A stretch of 64,000 bases of DNA. Origin: an uncultured Woeseia sp. GTDB taxonomy: Bacteria; Pseudomonadota; Gammaproteobacteria; Steroidobacterales; UBA11654. Shown here in pieces: positions 39,992 through 51,392 of the stretch. The translations under genes were made by a program, and so were the position numbers. Location: the NCBI GenBank assembly GCA_964629335.1, contig CAZVRH010000002.1:6631-70630 (forward strand). The letters are read 5' to 3'. How positions within the stretch are numbered: the first letter of the stretch is position 1; every line of letters starts with the position of its first letter. Below the pieces are notes generated by a model. It was not told the origin of the DNA. It saw nothing but the letters and a program-made list of their open reading frames with translations, and did no database searches.

Positions 39992-41274
39992 ATGAAATAA
40001 ACCAAGTTGTTTTTTCAAATATCGATAATAAAGATCCATGGACAATTGATTCATATATAAACTCAGGAGGCTATGAGGCATGGAAAAGGATTTTAACAAA
40101 TAAAAGTGACTCGTATTCACCAGAAAACATTATTCAGACCATTCAAGACTCTGGGTTGCGAGGCCGAGGGGGAGCTGGTTTTCCAACAGGTCTAAAATGG
40201 AGTTTTATGCCAAAGGAAGATACACAGAAGTATATAGTCTGCAACTCAGATGAAAGTGAACCAGGGACATGTCATGATCGAGACATTTTAAAATTTAATC
40301 CACACGCCTTAATTGAAGGTATAGCGATTGCAGGTTATGCCATAGGAGCAACTATTGGATACAACTACGTCAGAGGTGAATTTATAGATGAATGTTACCC
40401 TCGTATTGAGAATGCATTAAATGAAGCCTATCAACGTGGATTCCTTGGTAAGGATATCCTTAATAGCAGCATAGATTTTGATTTATTTAATTTTCTCGGT
40501 GCAGGCGCATACATTTGTGGCGAGGAAACAGGTTTACTGGAATCCTTAGAAGGCAAACAAGGAAAGCCCAGATTCAAACCTCCGTTTCCTGCGAATTACG
40601 GTCTTTACGGTAAACCAACCACTGTTAATAACACCCAGACATTGGCCAGTGTTCCAATGATTATAAAGAATGGCTCCGAGTGGTTTAAATCTTTTGGTAC
40701 AGAAAAATCACCTGGGACCATCATTTTTTCAGTATCTGGTCATGTTAATAACCCTGGTAACTATGAATTACCACTTGGCATTCCTTTTAATAAACTCATT
40801 GAATATTCAGGTGGAATCTTAAATGGGCAAAAATTAAAAGCCGTAATTCCAGGAGGGTCCTCAACGAAAGTACTGCCTTCTCATGTTATTGAAGGTTGCA
40901 CCATGGATTATGAATCGCTTCAACAAGCTGGTTCGTCGTTAGGAACTGCTGCCGTGGTGGTTATAGCCGAAGGCACATGCATGGTGAACTTGCTAAAACG
41001 AATATCGAGATTCTATTTTGCTGAAAGTTGTGGTCAATGTACTCCGTGCAGAGAAGGCACAGGATGGTTGTACAGAATCTTAGACAGGATCACGAAAGGC
41101 AAGGGTAAGGCATCTGACTTGGAATTACTGGTGGATGTGGCCAACAGAATTGAGGGCAATACGATCTGTGCATTTGGTGATGCATCGGCTTGGCCAGTAC
41201 AAAGTTTTATTGAACATTACTATGAAGAATTCGAATACATGGTTAAACACAAAGGAAAAACCAAGGCTGCCTAA
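39988..41274 (+). CDS. nuoF: NADH-quinone oxidoreductase subunit F
   Basis: GLRGRGGAGFPTGLKW (FMN/NADH site) and ESCGQCTPCREG (N3). Confidence 0.95.
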   Translation: MNEINQVVFSNIDNKDPWTIDSYINSGGYEAWKRILTNKSDSYSPENIIQTIQDSGLRGRGGAGFPTGLKWSFMPKEDTQKYIVCNSDESEPGTCHDRDILKFNPHALIEGIAIAGYAIGATIGYNYVRGEFIDECYPRIENALNEAYQRGFLGKDILNSSIDFDLFNFLGAGAYICGEETGLLESLEGKQGKPRFKPPFPANYGLYGKPTTVNNTQTLASVPMIIKNGSEWFKSFGTEKSPGTIIFSVSGHVNNPGNYELPLGIPFNKLIEYSGGILNGQKLKAVIPGGSSTKVLPSHVIEGCTMDYESLQQAGSSLGTAAVVVIAEGTCMVNLLKRISRFYFAESCGQCTPCREGTGWLYRILDRITKGKGKASDLELLVDVANRIEGNTICAFGDASAWPVQSFIEHYYEEFEYMVKHKGKTKAA

Positions 41275-41277
41275 TAT

Positions 41278-43443
41278 ATGACTGATAATAAAGTAAAAAT
41301 TACTATCGACGGCACCGTTTATTCAGTTGACAAAAGCAAAATGTTAATTGAAATTACAGATGAGCTTGGTATCTATATTCCCAGATTTTGTTACCACGAA
41401 AAACTCTCGATTGCAGCCAACTGCCGGATGTGTTTAGTAGAAGTTGAAAACTCCAATAATGCTCTCCCAGCCTGTGCAACACCCGTATCAGACGGGATGG
41501 TTGTACACACACAGTCTTCATCATCAAAGACTGCTCAAGAATCAACGATGGAGTTTCTTCTCATTAATCATCCTCTTGATTGTCCAATATGTGATCAAGG
41601 AGGAGAATGTGAACTACAAGATCTTGCCTACTCTTATGGAAAAAATAATTCTAGATTTGACTTACTCAAACAAACAAAACCCAATGATGATTTAGGCCCT
41701 CTGGTTTCTACCGATATGACACGATGCATTATGTGCACTCGTTGTGTAAGGTTTGGAACAGAAGTAGCTGGAATACAGGAACTAGGGACCATCGGAAGAG
41801 GTGAAGCTTCAACAATAAGCACCTTTGTTGAACAAACGGTAGATCACGAATTATCAGGCAATATAATTGACCTATGTCCCGTCGGCGCCTTGAATAATAA
41901 ACCCTATCGTTACACCGATAGAACATGGGAGTTGGACCAAATTAAAAGCATCTCACCGCACGATTGTGTGGGCACAAATATCTCTATGCATGTTAAAAAC
42001 CATAAAATTAAACGAGTGGTCCCTCTCCAAAACGACCGTGTTAATGAAGCATGGATTGCTGATAGGGACAGATTTGGATTTGATGGAATATATTCACCCG
42101 ATCGGATTGATATACCTCTAATAAGAAGAAATGGCGAATTAGTTGCAACTTCACATGAAGATTCAATACGGCTAATGAATGAACACATATTTTCATTAAG
42201 TAATACTCATTCGCAAGAAAAAATAGCTGCCCTTGTATCCCCATCAATATCTTTGAATGAACAATTTCTTTTAGCAAATTACCTATCTCTTCATGAAATT
42301 AAAAATATTGATCATCGGATTCATCAGATTGATTTTACCGGTGACACTCTCGATCCTTTATTTCCTCATTTAAATATCGATCTAAACGACATTCAAAACA
42401 TGAAAACTATTCTTGTGATTGGGTCTGATCTTAGAAAAGAAACCCCAATGATCGCTCATTGGGTCAAAAAAGCTGCAGATAATGGATCGTCAATACATTT
42501 CATTGATAACTCAATCAGAGAGTATCACTTTCCAATTAGTGATTACATAATGACAGATAACGAATCGATAGCAGACAATATTGGCATGCTAGTAAAAGCT
42601 GCTTTTAGTATTACAGATTCAGTTATTCCCAATCATATTGAGGACAGATTAAACAAATTACCCGTACCAACAGCCACCCATCAACAAATTGCCTTATCTC
42701 TTTGTAATAACGATCAGACACTCTTAATCAATGGCCTTTTAGCAAGGTCACACCCTAACTTTGCTTTAATAAGAAGCTATATCAATATTTTGTCAGAACT
42801 CTCTCACTCAAGAATAGGAGAATTGTCTCACGGAGCTAATTCGATTGGTGCCTATATTACCGGTTGTATACCTCATCGCAATCAACTCGCAGAACCCTCT
42901 GATCAAGGATTAAACGCACTACAGATTGCCTCCTCTAATCACGATCTATTAATATTATATGGACTTGAATCGAAAGACTGCCTCTACGAGAAAAATCTAA
43001 TTGAGTCAATCAAAGGATCTAAGACGGTAATTGCTTTTAGTTATTTTAAAGATGAAGTCTTTAATAAATACGCAGATATTATTATTCCAATTAATACCAC
43101 TTATGAATCGAAGGGATCATTTATTAATTTAACCGGGACTCTTCAGGAATTTAATAGTGACATGATGCACCCACACGACTATTTAAGTAATGAAAAACTC
43201 TTGTCAGACTTAATTAACATTAGCGGTAATAAAGTACCTTCTTTTGAAGATTTCCTTAAGCAATTAATACCATTCATTCACGAGAATGTTAATAACCCCA
43301 ATTACATTAATGAACTCCCATTAGAATCTGTGGAGAGAGAATCTTTGAATTCTTTGAATCAATTTAATATGTACAACCAAGACCCCATTCTCAGACGTTC
43401 AAAACCGTTGCAATTAACTAAAGAATCATTGGGTGATAACTGA
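41278..43443 (+). CDS. nuoG: NADH-quinone oxidoreductase subunit G
   Basis: N-terminal 2Fe-2[20 protein letters not shown], then [18 protein letters not shown], then [10 protein letters not shown]...CPVGAL. 721 aa. Confidence 0.93.
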   Translation: MTDNKVKITIDGTVYSVDKSKMLIEITDELGIYIPRFCYHEKLSIAANCRMCLVEVENSNNALPACATPVSDGMVVHTQSSSSKTAQESTMEFLLINHPLDCPICDQGGECELQDLAYSYGKNNSRFDLLKQTKPNDDLGPLVSTDMTRCIMCTRCVRFGTEVAGIQELGTIGRGEASTISTFVEQTVDHELSGNIIDLCPVGALNNKPYRYTDRTWELDQIKSISPHDCVGTNISMHVKNHKIKRVVPLQNDRVNEAWIADRDRFGFDGIYSPDRIDIPLIRRNGELVATSHEDSIRLMNEHIFSLSNTHSQEKIAALVSPSISLNEQFLLANYLSLHEIKNIDHRIHQIDFTGDTLDPLFPHLNIDLNDIQNMKTILVIGSDLRKETPMIAHWVKKAADNGSSIHFIDNSIREYHFPISDYIMTDNESIADNIGMLVKAAFSITDSVIPNHIEDRLNKLPVPTATHQQIALSLCNNDQTLLINGLLARSHPNFALIRSYINILSELSHSRIGELSHGANSIGAYITGCIPHRNQLAEPSDQGLNALQIASSNHDLLILYGLESKDCLYEKNLIESIKGSKTVIAFSYFKDEVFNKYADIIIPINTTYESKGSFINLTGTLQEFNSDMMHPHDYLSNEKLLSDLINISGNKVPSFEDFLKQLIPFIHENVNNPNYINELPLESVERESLNSLNQFNMYNQDPILRRSKPLQLTKESLGDN

Positions 43444-43445
43444 TC

Positions 43446-44516
43446 ATGGAAAAATTCATCTCATCTTATCTTTCATTTATGTCTCCACAGGCAGAGGCTC
43501 TTGTTATCTCTTCACTGCAAATAGCAGTAGTTATTGTTGGGTTAATTTTAACGGTTGTTTTTTTGATTTACTTTGAACGCAAGGTAATAGGGTACATGCA
43601 TGCAAGAATAGGGCCCAATAGAGTTGGTCCTTTTGGTTTACTTCAAACAATCGCGGATACTTTAAAACTACTGTTAAAGGAAATCATCATCCCCGCAAAA
43701 GCGGATCGATTTCTCTTTTTACTAGCTCCTGTGTTGCTCCTCATTCCTGCTCTCGCAGCTTGGGCTGTAGTTCCGCTTAACCCAGAATTCTTAATTGCCG
43801 ACATTGATGCAGGATTACTGTATTTACTGGCTCTGACATCGTTCGGCATCTATGGAGTTATTTTGGCCGGCTGGTCGTCTAATTCAAAATATGCCTTTCT
43901 TGGCTCTATGAGAGCTGCAGCTCAAATGGTGGCTTACGAAATAGCAATGGGTTTTGCACTCGTTGGCGTATTAATGGCAGGCGGTAGTTTAAAACTTGGA
44001 GCTATTGTCGAAGCACAAAGTGGGGGTGTCTTTAACTGGTTCTGGGTACCTTTGTTCCCTTTATTTATTGTTTACTTCATTTCAGGTATTGCAGAAACAA
44101 ACAGACATCCTTTTGATTTAGCTGAAGGTGAAGCGGAAATAGTTGCTGGATTTCATGTTGAATACTCCGGTATGGGATTTGCAATATTCTTTTTAGCAGA
44201 ATATATCAACATGGCACTGATCTCGGTATTGACGTCAATCATGTTTTTAGGTGGGTGGGAGAGTTTTTTCTCTGGGCTTTCATTTCTTGACAATACGGTA
44301 CTAGAATTCATAACTGAACCCAGTATCTTCTGGTTATTTCTCAAAACCTTATTTTTCTTATTTATCTTTGTTTGGTTAAGAGCTTCTTTTCCAAGATATC
44401 GTTATGACCAATTAATGACCTTGGGCTGGAAGGTCTTAATTCCGATAACTATTGTTTGGATTGGAGTCGAGTGTGTAATGTTCACACTTGAAATCGGACC
44501 TTGGAGTGTCGCATGA
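43446..44516 (+). CDS. nuoH: NADH-quinone oxidoreductase subunit H
   Basis: [24 protein letters not shown] and [26 protein letters not shown]. Confidence 0.95.
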   Translation: MEKFISSYLSFMSPQAEALVISSLQIAVVIVGLILTVVFLIYFERKVIGYMHARIGPNRVGPFGLLQTIADTLKLLLKEIIIPAKADRFLFLLAPVLLLIPALAAWAVVPLNPEFLIADIDAGLLYLLALTSFGIYGVILAGWSSNSKYAFLGSMRAAAQMVAYEIAMGFALVGVLMAGGSLKLGAIVEAQSGGVFNWFWVPLFPLFIVYFISGIAETNRHPFDLAEGEAEIVAGFHVEYSGMGFAIFFLAEYINMALISVLTSIMFLGGWESFFSGLSFLDNTVLEFITEPSIFWLFLKTLFFLFIFVWLRASFPRYRYDQLMTLGWKVLIPITIVWIGVECVMFTLEIGPWSVA

Positions 44517-44998
44517 ACTTTTCTAGATTACTAAAAAAACTGACTCTATCAGATTTTATTAAGGGGTTTTTGGTAACACTTAAGGTCTTCTTTTCAAAAA
44601 AAGTTACCGTCCAGTACCCAGAAGTCAAGACCCCTCTATCACCTCGCTTTAGAGGTAAATTGGCGTTAATGAGATACGACAATGGCGAAGAACGATGTAT
44701 CGCCTGTAAATTATGCTCAGCAGTGTGTCCTGCACAAGCCATAACCATTGAATCTGAAGAACGAGAAGACGGTTCAAGACGAACCACCAGTTTTGAGATA
44801 GATGCCTTTAAATGTATTTATTGTGGTTTTTGTGAAGAAGCATGCCCAGTAGATTCTATTGTGGAGACGAATATTTTTGAATATCACATGACTGAAAATC
44901 AACAACGTATTCAAACAAAAGAAATGCTCTTAGCCACAGGAGATAAATACAGGAAACAAACAAACGCAAATAAAATGAAGGATTCAACTTACAAGTGA
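44513..44998 (+). CDS. nuoI: NADH-quinone oxidoreductase subunit I
   Basis: Two ferredoxin motifs, [12 protein letters not shown] and [13 protein letters not shown] prefer the ATGA overlap with the nuoH stop. Confidence 0.93.
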   Translation: MNFSRLLKKLTLSDFIKGFLVTLKVFFSKKVTVQYPEVKTPLSPRFRGKLALMRYDNGEERCIACKLCSAVCPAQAITIESEEREDGSRRTTSFEIDAFKCIYCGFCEEACPVDSIVETNIFEYHMTENQQRIQTKEMLLATGDKYRKQTNANKMKDSTYK

Positions 44999-45591
44999 TT
45001 AAAGAAATTATATTTTATACATTTTCTTCTGTGCTCATCTGTTCATCACTGGCGGTGATCTTATTTAGAAACCCCGTCTACTCAGCTGTTTCCCTTATAT
45101 TATCATTTATTACCAGTGGTTTTTTATGGCTTTTACTTCAAGCTGAATTCTTAGCAATAGTTCTGATACTGGTCTATGTCGGTGCCGTAATGGTGTTGTT
45201 TTTATTCGTAATCATGATGCTGAATATTAACAATGAAAAAGACAAGACCAATTTCAATTCACTCGCACCTTTTGCCTTATTTATCGGCTTAATCATTGCT
45301 GCTGAACTCATCACACTTATTTGGATTAACTCTAGTCAATTCAATATTAATTCACTCTCTATTCAAGAGTCTGACCAAGTAAGCAATACTTTGGCATTAG
45401 GTAAAGAGCTCTTCACTAATTACATTCTCTCCTTTGAGATAGCCGGGTTTATTCTTTTGCTGGCCATTATTATCTCCATCTCCTTAACTTTGAGAACTAG
45501 AAAAAACGTAAAAACTCAAATAGCTTCAGAACAAATCAATGTAAATCCATCAACTCGAATCAAATTAGTCGATCTTAAGGATAACGAATAG
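44995..45591 (+). CDS. nuoJ: NADH-quinone oxidoreductase subunit J
   Basis: ND6-like. [21 protein letters not shown] start overlapping the nuoI stop. Confidence 0.88.
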   Translation: MIKEIIFYTFSSVLICSSLAVILFRNPVYSAVSLILSFITSGFLWLLLQAEFLAIVLILVYVGAVMVLFLFVIMMLNINNEKDKTNFNSLAPFALFIGLIIAAELITLIWINSSQFNINSLSIQESDQVSNTLALGKELFTNYILSFEIAGFILLLAIIISISLTLRTRKNVKTQIASEQINVNPSTRIKLVDLKDNE

Positions 45592-45593
45592 CG

Positions 45594-45899
45594 ATGCTGA
45601 CACTACAGTCATACTTATCCTTAGCTGCCATTATCTTTGCGATCGGCATTATTGGAATAGTCATCAATCGTAAAAATATCATTATTGTGATGATGTGTAC
45701 CGAACTGCTCTTAATTTCAGTTAACTTTAATTTTATTGCATTTTCTTATTTTAACCAGGATATCGCTGGGCAAATCTTTGTTTTTTTCATTCTTACTGTT
45801 GCGGCTGCCGAAGCGGCTATTGGTTTAGCCATTTTAGTGGCTTTATACAGAAACAAGAACTCCATTGATGTTCAGGAACTTAAAACACTGAGGAATTAG
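45594..45899 (+). CDS. nuoK: NADH-quinone oxidoreductase subunit K
   Basis: ND4L-like, 101 aa. [12 protein letters not shown]...[14 protein letters not shown]. Confidence 0.9.
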   Translation: MLTLQSYLSLAAIIFAIGIIGIVINRKNIIIVMMCTELLLISVNFNFIAFSYFNQDIAGQIFVFFILTVAAAEAAIGLAILVALYRNKNSIDVQELKTLRN

Positions 45900-47855
45900 A
45901 TGTTATTTAATTTAAGCTTGATGGCCCTAATCATTCCTCTAATCGCAGGAGTTCTCGCTGGTTTCTTCGGTAAAACAATTGGAAAAACCTTTACCAATGG
46001 TGTGACAATTCTCGGTGTACTGATCTCACTGCTTATTTCGATATATCTCCTTGTTTCGATACTTGATAACCCCAAACTTGTGTTTAATCAAAATGTTTAT
46101 ACTTGGTTATCAATTGGATCTTATAAACTCTCAATTGGTCTTCTAGTAGATAATTTGACCGTCAGCATGATGATTGTCGTTAACTTTGTATCTCTCATGG
46201 TGCACATATACACGATTGGCTATATGGATAAAGACCCTGGTTATCATCGTTTCTTTTGCTATATCTCTTTATTTACTTTTGCAATGCTCTCATTGGTTAT
46301 GTCAAATAATTTCCTTCAGCTCTTCTTTGGGTGGGAGGCAGTAGGTGTTATGTCTTATCTTTTGATCGGTTTTTGGTACACCAAAGAATCTGCGATTAAA
46401 GCAAATTTTAAAGCGTTTATAATCAACAGAATAGGGGATATGTTCCTTATTCTAGGAATTGCTCTGCTGTTTTCAGTTTTTGGAACATTGGATTATGCAC
46501 ATATTTTTAATAATGCAGAGTCAATAACATCGAATACCATCAACCTCTCATCTTCTTTGGAAATATCGAGTCTAACCTTAGCCTGTTTATTTCTTTTTGG
46601 CGGAGCAATGGGTAAATCAGCACAGATGCCATTACATGTATGGCTACCAGATTCTATGGAAGGCCCAACGCCTATTTCAGCACTTATCCATGCAGCAACA
46701 ATGGTAACCGCAGGTGTCTTCATGCTCGCCAGAATGTCCCCATTATTTGAATTATCTGCCACTGCCTTATCCTTCGTTTTAATCATCGGTTCGATCACTG
46801 CTATCTCAACAGGACTGCTCGGACTTGTTCAATACGACATTAAACGAGTTATAGCTTACTCAACATTGTCCCAATTAGGGTATATGGTCGTTGCTGCGGG
46901 AGTTTCTGCATATTCAGCGAGTTTATTTCACCTTATGACTCATGCCTTTTTTAAAGCCTTGCTCTTCCTTGCAGCAGGATCTGTTATTGTTGCCTTGCAC
47001 CACGAACAAGACATTAGAAAAATGGGTGGATTGAAATCAAAACTCCCCATTACCTATGCTACTTCACTGATTGGTTCTCTCGCATTGATCGGTTTTCCTG
47101 GCTTTTCTGGGTTCTTTTCAAAAGACGCACTGATTGAGGCTGTCTCTCATTCCAGTGCCTATGCTTCAGATTTTGCCTATTACTGTGTACTCATTGGAGT
47201 GTTTATAACTTCTTTATACACATTTAGGCTCTTTTTCCTGGTATTCCATGGACATCCCAATAATGAAAATAAGAACGTAAAAGAACCCCAACTGTCGATA
47301 ATAGCTCCCTTGATTTTATTAGCTATTCCCTCAATATTCATAGGATGGCCAACCATAGGGCCTTTGGTTTTTAACGACTTCTTTGCGAATTCAATTGTAC
47401 AGGCAGCTTCAAATGATATTTTTGGCTATCAATTTACAGATTCATATGATTTTCTAACTCATTCTCTTTCAGGACCTGTTGTCTATATTGCAATTTTTGG
47501 AATATTTATTTCTTATTTTCTCTATATAGTAAAACCAGAAGTTCCTGAGAGAATGTCTAAAACCTTTAATCCATTTTATAAACTTCTAATCAACAAATAC
47601 TATTTTGATCATCTCTACGAAAATATCTTTGCAAAACTATTTAATAATTTAGGCAACTCATTGTGGACCAAAGGGGATATAAAAATCATCGATAATTTTA
47701 TTGTCAATGGGACAGCTAATAGGGTAGGGCAATTTTCAAACAAAATAAGAGAAGTACAATCTGGTTATATATATCATTACGCATTGATGATGGTTCTGGG
47801 TTTAGCCCTTTTCTTAGCTTGGGTTGTATTTAAATCACTAGGTTTAGTCTTATGA
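45900..47855 (+). CDS. nuoL: NADH-quinone oxidoreductase subunit L
   Basis: ND5-like antiporter subunit. FFGWEAVGVMSYLLIGFW, KSAQMPLHVWLPDSMEGPTPISALIHAATMV. Confidence 0.95.
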   Translation: MLFNLSLMALIIPLIAGVLAGFFGKTIGKTFTNGVTILGVLISLLISIYLLVSILDNPKLVFNQNVYTWLSIGSYKLSIGLLVDNLTVSMMIVVNFVSLMVHIYTIGYMDKDPGYHRFFCYISLFTFAMLSLVMSNNFLQLFFGWEAVGVMSYLLIGFWYTKESAIKANFKAFIINRIGDMFLILGIALLFSVFGTLDYAHIFNNAESITSNTINLSSSLEISSLTLACLFLFGGAMGKSAQMPLHVWLPDSMEGPTPISALIHAATMVTAGVFMLARMSPLFELSATALSFVLIIGSITAISTGLLGLVQYDIKRVIAYSTLSQLGYMVVAAGVSAYSASLFHLMTHAFFKALLFLAAGSVIVALHHEQDIRKMGGLKSKLPITYATSLIGSLALIGFPGFSGFFSKDALIEAVSHSSAYASDFAYYCVLIGVFITSLYTFRLFFLVFHGHPNNENKNVKEPQLSIIAPLILLAIPSIFIGWPTIGPLVFNDFFANSIVQAASNDIFGYQFTDSYDFLTHSLSGPVVYIAIFGIFISYFLYIVKPEVPERMSKTFNPFYKLLINKYYFDHLYENIFAKLFNNLGNSLWTKGDIKIIDNFIVNGTANRVGQFSNKIREVQSGYIYHYALMMVLGLALFLAWVVFKSLGLVL

Positions 47856-49339
47856 TTGTTGATCAACTCATTTGGATTCCAGTACTAACCGGTCTATTGG
47901 TGCTAGTGCTCGGTGAGAAACGGTCAAACTTTGCATACGCATTGTCATTACTTATTTCATCAGGGTTATTTTTCTTATCCATCTATATGTATTTTCTTTT
48001 TGATAACGCATTAAGTTCGTATCAGTTTGAGCTTAAAGTGCCCTGGATTGATCGTTTTAATATAAATTATCATCTCGGTATAGATGGAATATCTTTACCT
48101 CTTATCATGCTGACTACTTTTTTAAGTCCGATTGTTATCTATACCTCAAAAACATCCCCTAAGAATAAAATGCATCAATACATTGCCTCTTTTCTCATAC
48201 TAGAAGGCATGATGATTGGAGTTTTCTCTTCTCTAGATGCATTCCTGTTTTATGTGTTCTGGGAGGCTATGCTCATTCCTATGTTTCTGATCATAGGCAT
48301 CTGGGGAGGGAAAAATAGGATCTATGCCACCGTTAAATTTTTTCTATACACCTTCCTTGGGTCTGTATTCATGTTGATTGCTATTATCTTTCTATATCTG
48401 AAAACCGGCAGTTATTTGATCTCTGATTTTTATGAAGTATCCCTCTCCTTAAATCAACAGATTCTTATTTTCTTAGCCTTTCTTTTTGCTTTTGCGGTAA
48501 AAATCCCAATGTGGCCAGTACACACTTGGTTACCGGATGCTCATGTGGAAGCACCTACTGGAGGGTCAGTCATTCTAGCCGCTATCTTATTAAAGATGGG
48601 TGGTTATGGCTTTTTAAGATTTAGCTTGCCTATTACACCAGAGGCTTCTCTCTCTATGGCTCCAATTATGATCACCCTTTCTCTGATTGCGATTATATAT
48701 ATCGGTCTGGTGGCATTGGCACAAACCGACATGAAAAAACTTATTGCATATTCATCAATATCCCATATGGGTTTTGTCACACTGGGTTGTTTTGTTTTCT
48801 TTGTCCAATCAAGTTCAATAAATCTGGACACGATTAATTTGGCTATCAATGGCGCTATGATTCAAATGATTTCGCACGGTCTAATATCCGCTGCCTTATT
48901 TCTTTCAATTGGGGTTATGTATGACAGGCTGCACAGCAGAAACATTGAAGACTATGGCGGCATAGTCACGAAAATGCCAAAATTTTCTGTGCTCATGGTC
49001 TTTTTTGCTTTATCGAATGCTGCACTACCTGGTACTTCGGGGTTTGTGGGTGAACTCACCGTTATCCTTGCCAGCTTCAAAGTTAATATATATATAGCGT
49101 TACTATCAGCATTGACTCTAATCATTGGGGCAGCGTATACGCTGTGGATGATCAAAAGAGTTATATTTGGTGCTGTAACCAATGAGAAGATTAATTCTCA
49201 ATCTGATATGAACCTAATAGAAGCCATTCCTCTTGGTTTAATCGCTCTTCTGATTCTGTTAATAGGAGTCTGGCCAAAACCTCTTACAGATATGATGAAT
49301 TCAACAATATTGGCTCTTAGTTATTTGGTGAGTGGGTAA
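47852..49339 (+). CDS. nuoM: NADH-quinone oxidoreductase subunit M
   Basis: ND4-like. VKIPMWPVHTWLPDAHVEAPTGGSVILAAILLKMGGYG. Confidence 0.95.
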   Translation: MIVDQLIWIPVLTGLLVLVLGEKRSNFAYALSLLISSGLFFLSIYMYFLFDNALSSYQFELKVPWIDRFNINYHLGIDGISLPLIMLTTFLSPIVIYTSKTSPKNKMHQYIASFLILEGMMIGVFSSLDAFLFYVFWEAMLIPMFLIIGIWGGKNRIYATVKFFLYTFLGSVFMLIAIIFLYLKTGSYLISDFYEVSLSLNQQILIFLAFLFAFAVKIPMWPVHTWLPDAHVEAPTGGSVILAAILLKMGGYGFLRFSLPITPEASLSMAPIMITLSLIAIIYIGLVALAQTDMKKLIAYSSISHMGFVTLGCFVFFVQSSSINLDTINLAINGAMIQMISHGLISAALFLSIGVMYDRLHSRNIEDYGGIVTKMPKFSVLMVFFALSNAALPGTSGFVGELTVILASFKVNIYIALLSALTLIIGAAYTLWMIKRVIFGAVTNEKINSQSDMNLIEAIPLGLIALLILLIGVWPKPLTDMMNSTILALSYLVSG

Positions 49340-49342
49340 TTT

Positions 49343-50773
49343 ATGAACATTGAATTATCACTGATTATCCCTGAATTAATTATAGCATCGGCTATTTGTT
49401 TACTTATTCTGGTCAACAGTTTTCTTTCATCAAATAAACGCTTCACCGGATTGGTAATTGGTGCAATAACGATGGCTGTTTGTGCTTTGATTTCATTACT
49501 ATCTTTATTAGACACGACAAACTTAATTATCTTCAAGGGTCACTATAAAATTGATCATTTAGCAACTGGTCTAAAGCTTGTTACCTATCTAAGTGGATTC
49601 ATTGTCTTCACAGGCACCAGAACCAATAAAGACAATGCCAAGAGCGAACTCATATTGTTAGAACTTTTTGCAATACTTGGGGTCTCCATCCTTGCTTCTT
49701 CTAATAATTTATTAACATTATATTTAGGTTTAGAAACTCTCACATTATCGATGTACGGCTTAGTTGCTTCTAAACGATCTTCTGAATTAGCCACTGAATC
49801 AGCTATGAAATTTTTCGTACTTGGTGCCATAGCTTCTGCAATATTCTTATATGGTGTCTCTTTTGTTTACGGTTTATACGGGACTTTAACCTTTGGTGGA
49901 TTTAATAACCCAATCATTAATGGATCCATAGAAATGCAATTAGCTCTAGCCTTTATTATATGCGGAATTGCTTTTAAATTTGGCGCTGTACCTTTTCATA
50001 GCTGGGTGCCTGATTCTTATCAAGGTGCAAGCACATCATCTGCTCTTTTTATTTCCACAATACCTAAATTAGGAGCCTTTGCATTAATATATAGACTTCT
50101 ATTTCAAACCTTTATCTCAAATGTAGAATTCTGGTCGTTGCTAATTCTATTCATCGGTCTTATATCTTTGATTCTAGGTAATATTATTGCTATAGCTCAA
50201 GATAATTTAAGAAGACTCTTGGGTTACTCTGCCATTGGGAACATCGGCTTCACCCTTATCAGCTTTTCAATAGGAACAACCGATGGAATAACCGCTTCTT
50301 TAATCAGTCTAATTATTTATATTCTTAATACTGCAGTGGCATTTATGATTATAGAAATCATCTCAACGGAGAACAGGTCTATTGTCACTCTTTCAGACAT
50401 TAAAGATCTCAATTCATCTCGCCCGTGGATGTCATTACTGATGCTCCTCTCGATGTTTAGTATGGTGGGTATCCCGCCATTAATTGGTTTTTATGCAAAG
50501 TGGATAGTTCTGACCGAACTGATTAAAGCAGATATGTTAATCATAGGTCTGATTGCCGTAATAATGTCAGTAATTGCAGCTTTCTATTATCTAAGAATCG
50601 TCTGGTATATGTATTTTGAAAAAAATGATCTACCAATGATGCAAGGAACTTCAAATATCTTCCAAAAAATATCCGTCAGTATTATCGGCCTGATGATTCT
50701 AATATTTGGTCTCTATCCGTCTCCAATTATTGATTTTTGCAAGTCTATTATTTTCCCCATTTTTATTGATTGA
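49343..50773 (+). CDS. nuoN: NADH-quinone oxidoreductase subunit N
   Basis: ND2-like. FKFGAVPFHSWVPDSYQGASTSSALFIS. Confidence 0.93.
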   Translation: MNIELSLIIPELIIASAICLLILVNSFLSSNKRFTGLVIGAITMAVCALISLLSLLDTTNLIIFKGHYKIDHLATGLKLVTYLSGFIVFTGTRTNKDNAKSELILLELFAILGVSILASSNNLLTLYLGLETLTLSMYGLVASKRSSELATESAMKFFVLGAIASAIFLYGVSFVYGLYGTLTFGGFNNPIINGSIEMQLALAFIICGIAFKFGAVPFHSWVPDSYQGASTSSALFISTIPKLGAFALIYRLLFQTFISNVEFWSLLILFIGLISLILGNIIAIAQDNLRRLLGYSAIGNIGFTLISFSIGTTDGITASLISLIIYILNTAVAFMIIEIISTENRSIVTLSDIKDLNSSRPWMSLLMLLSMFSMVGIPPLIGFYAKWIVLTELIKADMLIIGLIAVIMSVIAAFYYLRIVWYMYFEKNDLPMMQGTSNIFQKISVSIIGLMILIFGLYPSPIIDFCKSIIFPIFID

Positions 50774-50806
50774 TTGATAAAAAAAGATTAGTATCTTCTG
50801 CACAGA

Positions 50807-50883
<77 letters not shown>

Positions 50884-50891
50884 TTTAGGTT

Positions 50892-50916
50892 AGGCCCCGT
50901 CTGGGGCTTTATTTTT
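50892..50916 (+). terminator. Rho-independent terminator or attenuator after metY
   Basis: AGGCCCC gtct GGGGCTT (7-bp stem including one G:U) followed by TATTTTT. Confidence 0.6.
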
Positions 50917-50927
50917 GATGGAGTAAA

Positions 50928-51383
50928 ATGGATTTTTTAGATAGTAAAATTAGAGAGCAAATAGAAACTTCGATTAATTCGATCGGTTTTGAATTAATGG
51001 ACATTGAATGCAGTCCCAATAAAGGCGGACTTAAAATCACCACTTTCATTGATCATTTCGATGGCATAACCTTAGATGATTGTGTCAAGGCTTCTAAAGC
51101 GATTGAACCTATACTTGAAAATGAAAACGATAAAGAGAGTTATTTATTAGAGGTTTCTTCACCTGGGCTAAATCGAAAACTGATTACAAAAGAACATTTT
51201 GATAGGTTCATTGGCAAACAAATTAAAGTTAAGTTAAAAAGCAAAATGGATAACAGGAAGAATTTTAAAGGAGAGTTATTAGCTAGAACTCAAGATCAAA
51301 TTGAAATACTTGTTGATAACTTAAAATTTAATATAGATATAGATTCTATTGAGATATGTAGAATTGTCCCTAAATTTAAATAA
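50928..51383 (+). CDS. rimP: Ribosome maturation factor RimP
   Basis: YLLEVSSPGLNRKL and the position upstream of nusA. Confidence 0.9.
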   Translation: MDFLDSKIREQIETSINSIGFELMDIECSPNKGGLKITTFIDHFDGITLDDCVKASKAIEPILENENDKESYLLEVSSPGLNRKLITKEHFDRFIGKQIKVKLKSKMDNRKNFKGELLARTQDQIEILVDNLKFNIDIDSIEICRIVPKFK

Positions 51384-51392
51384 GAGAAGGAT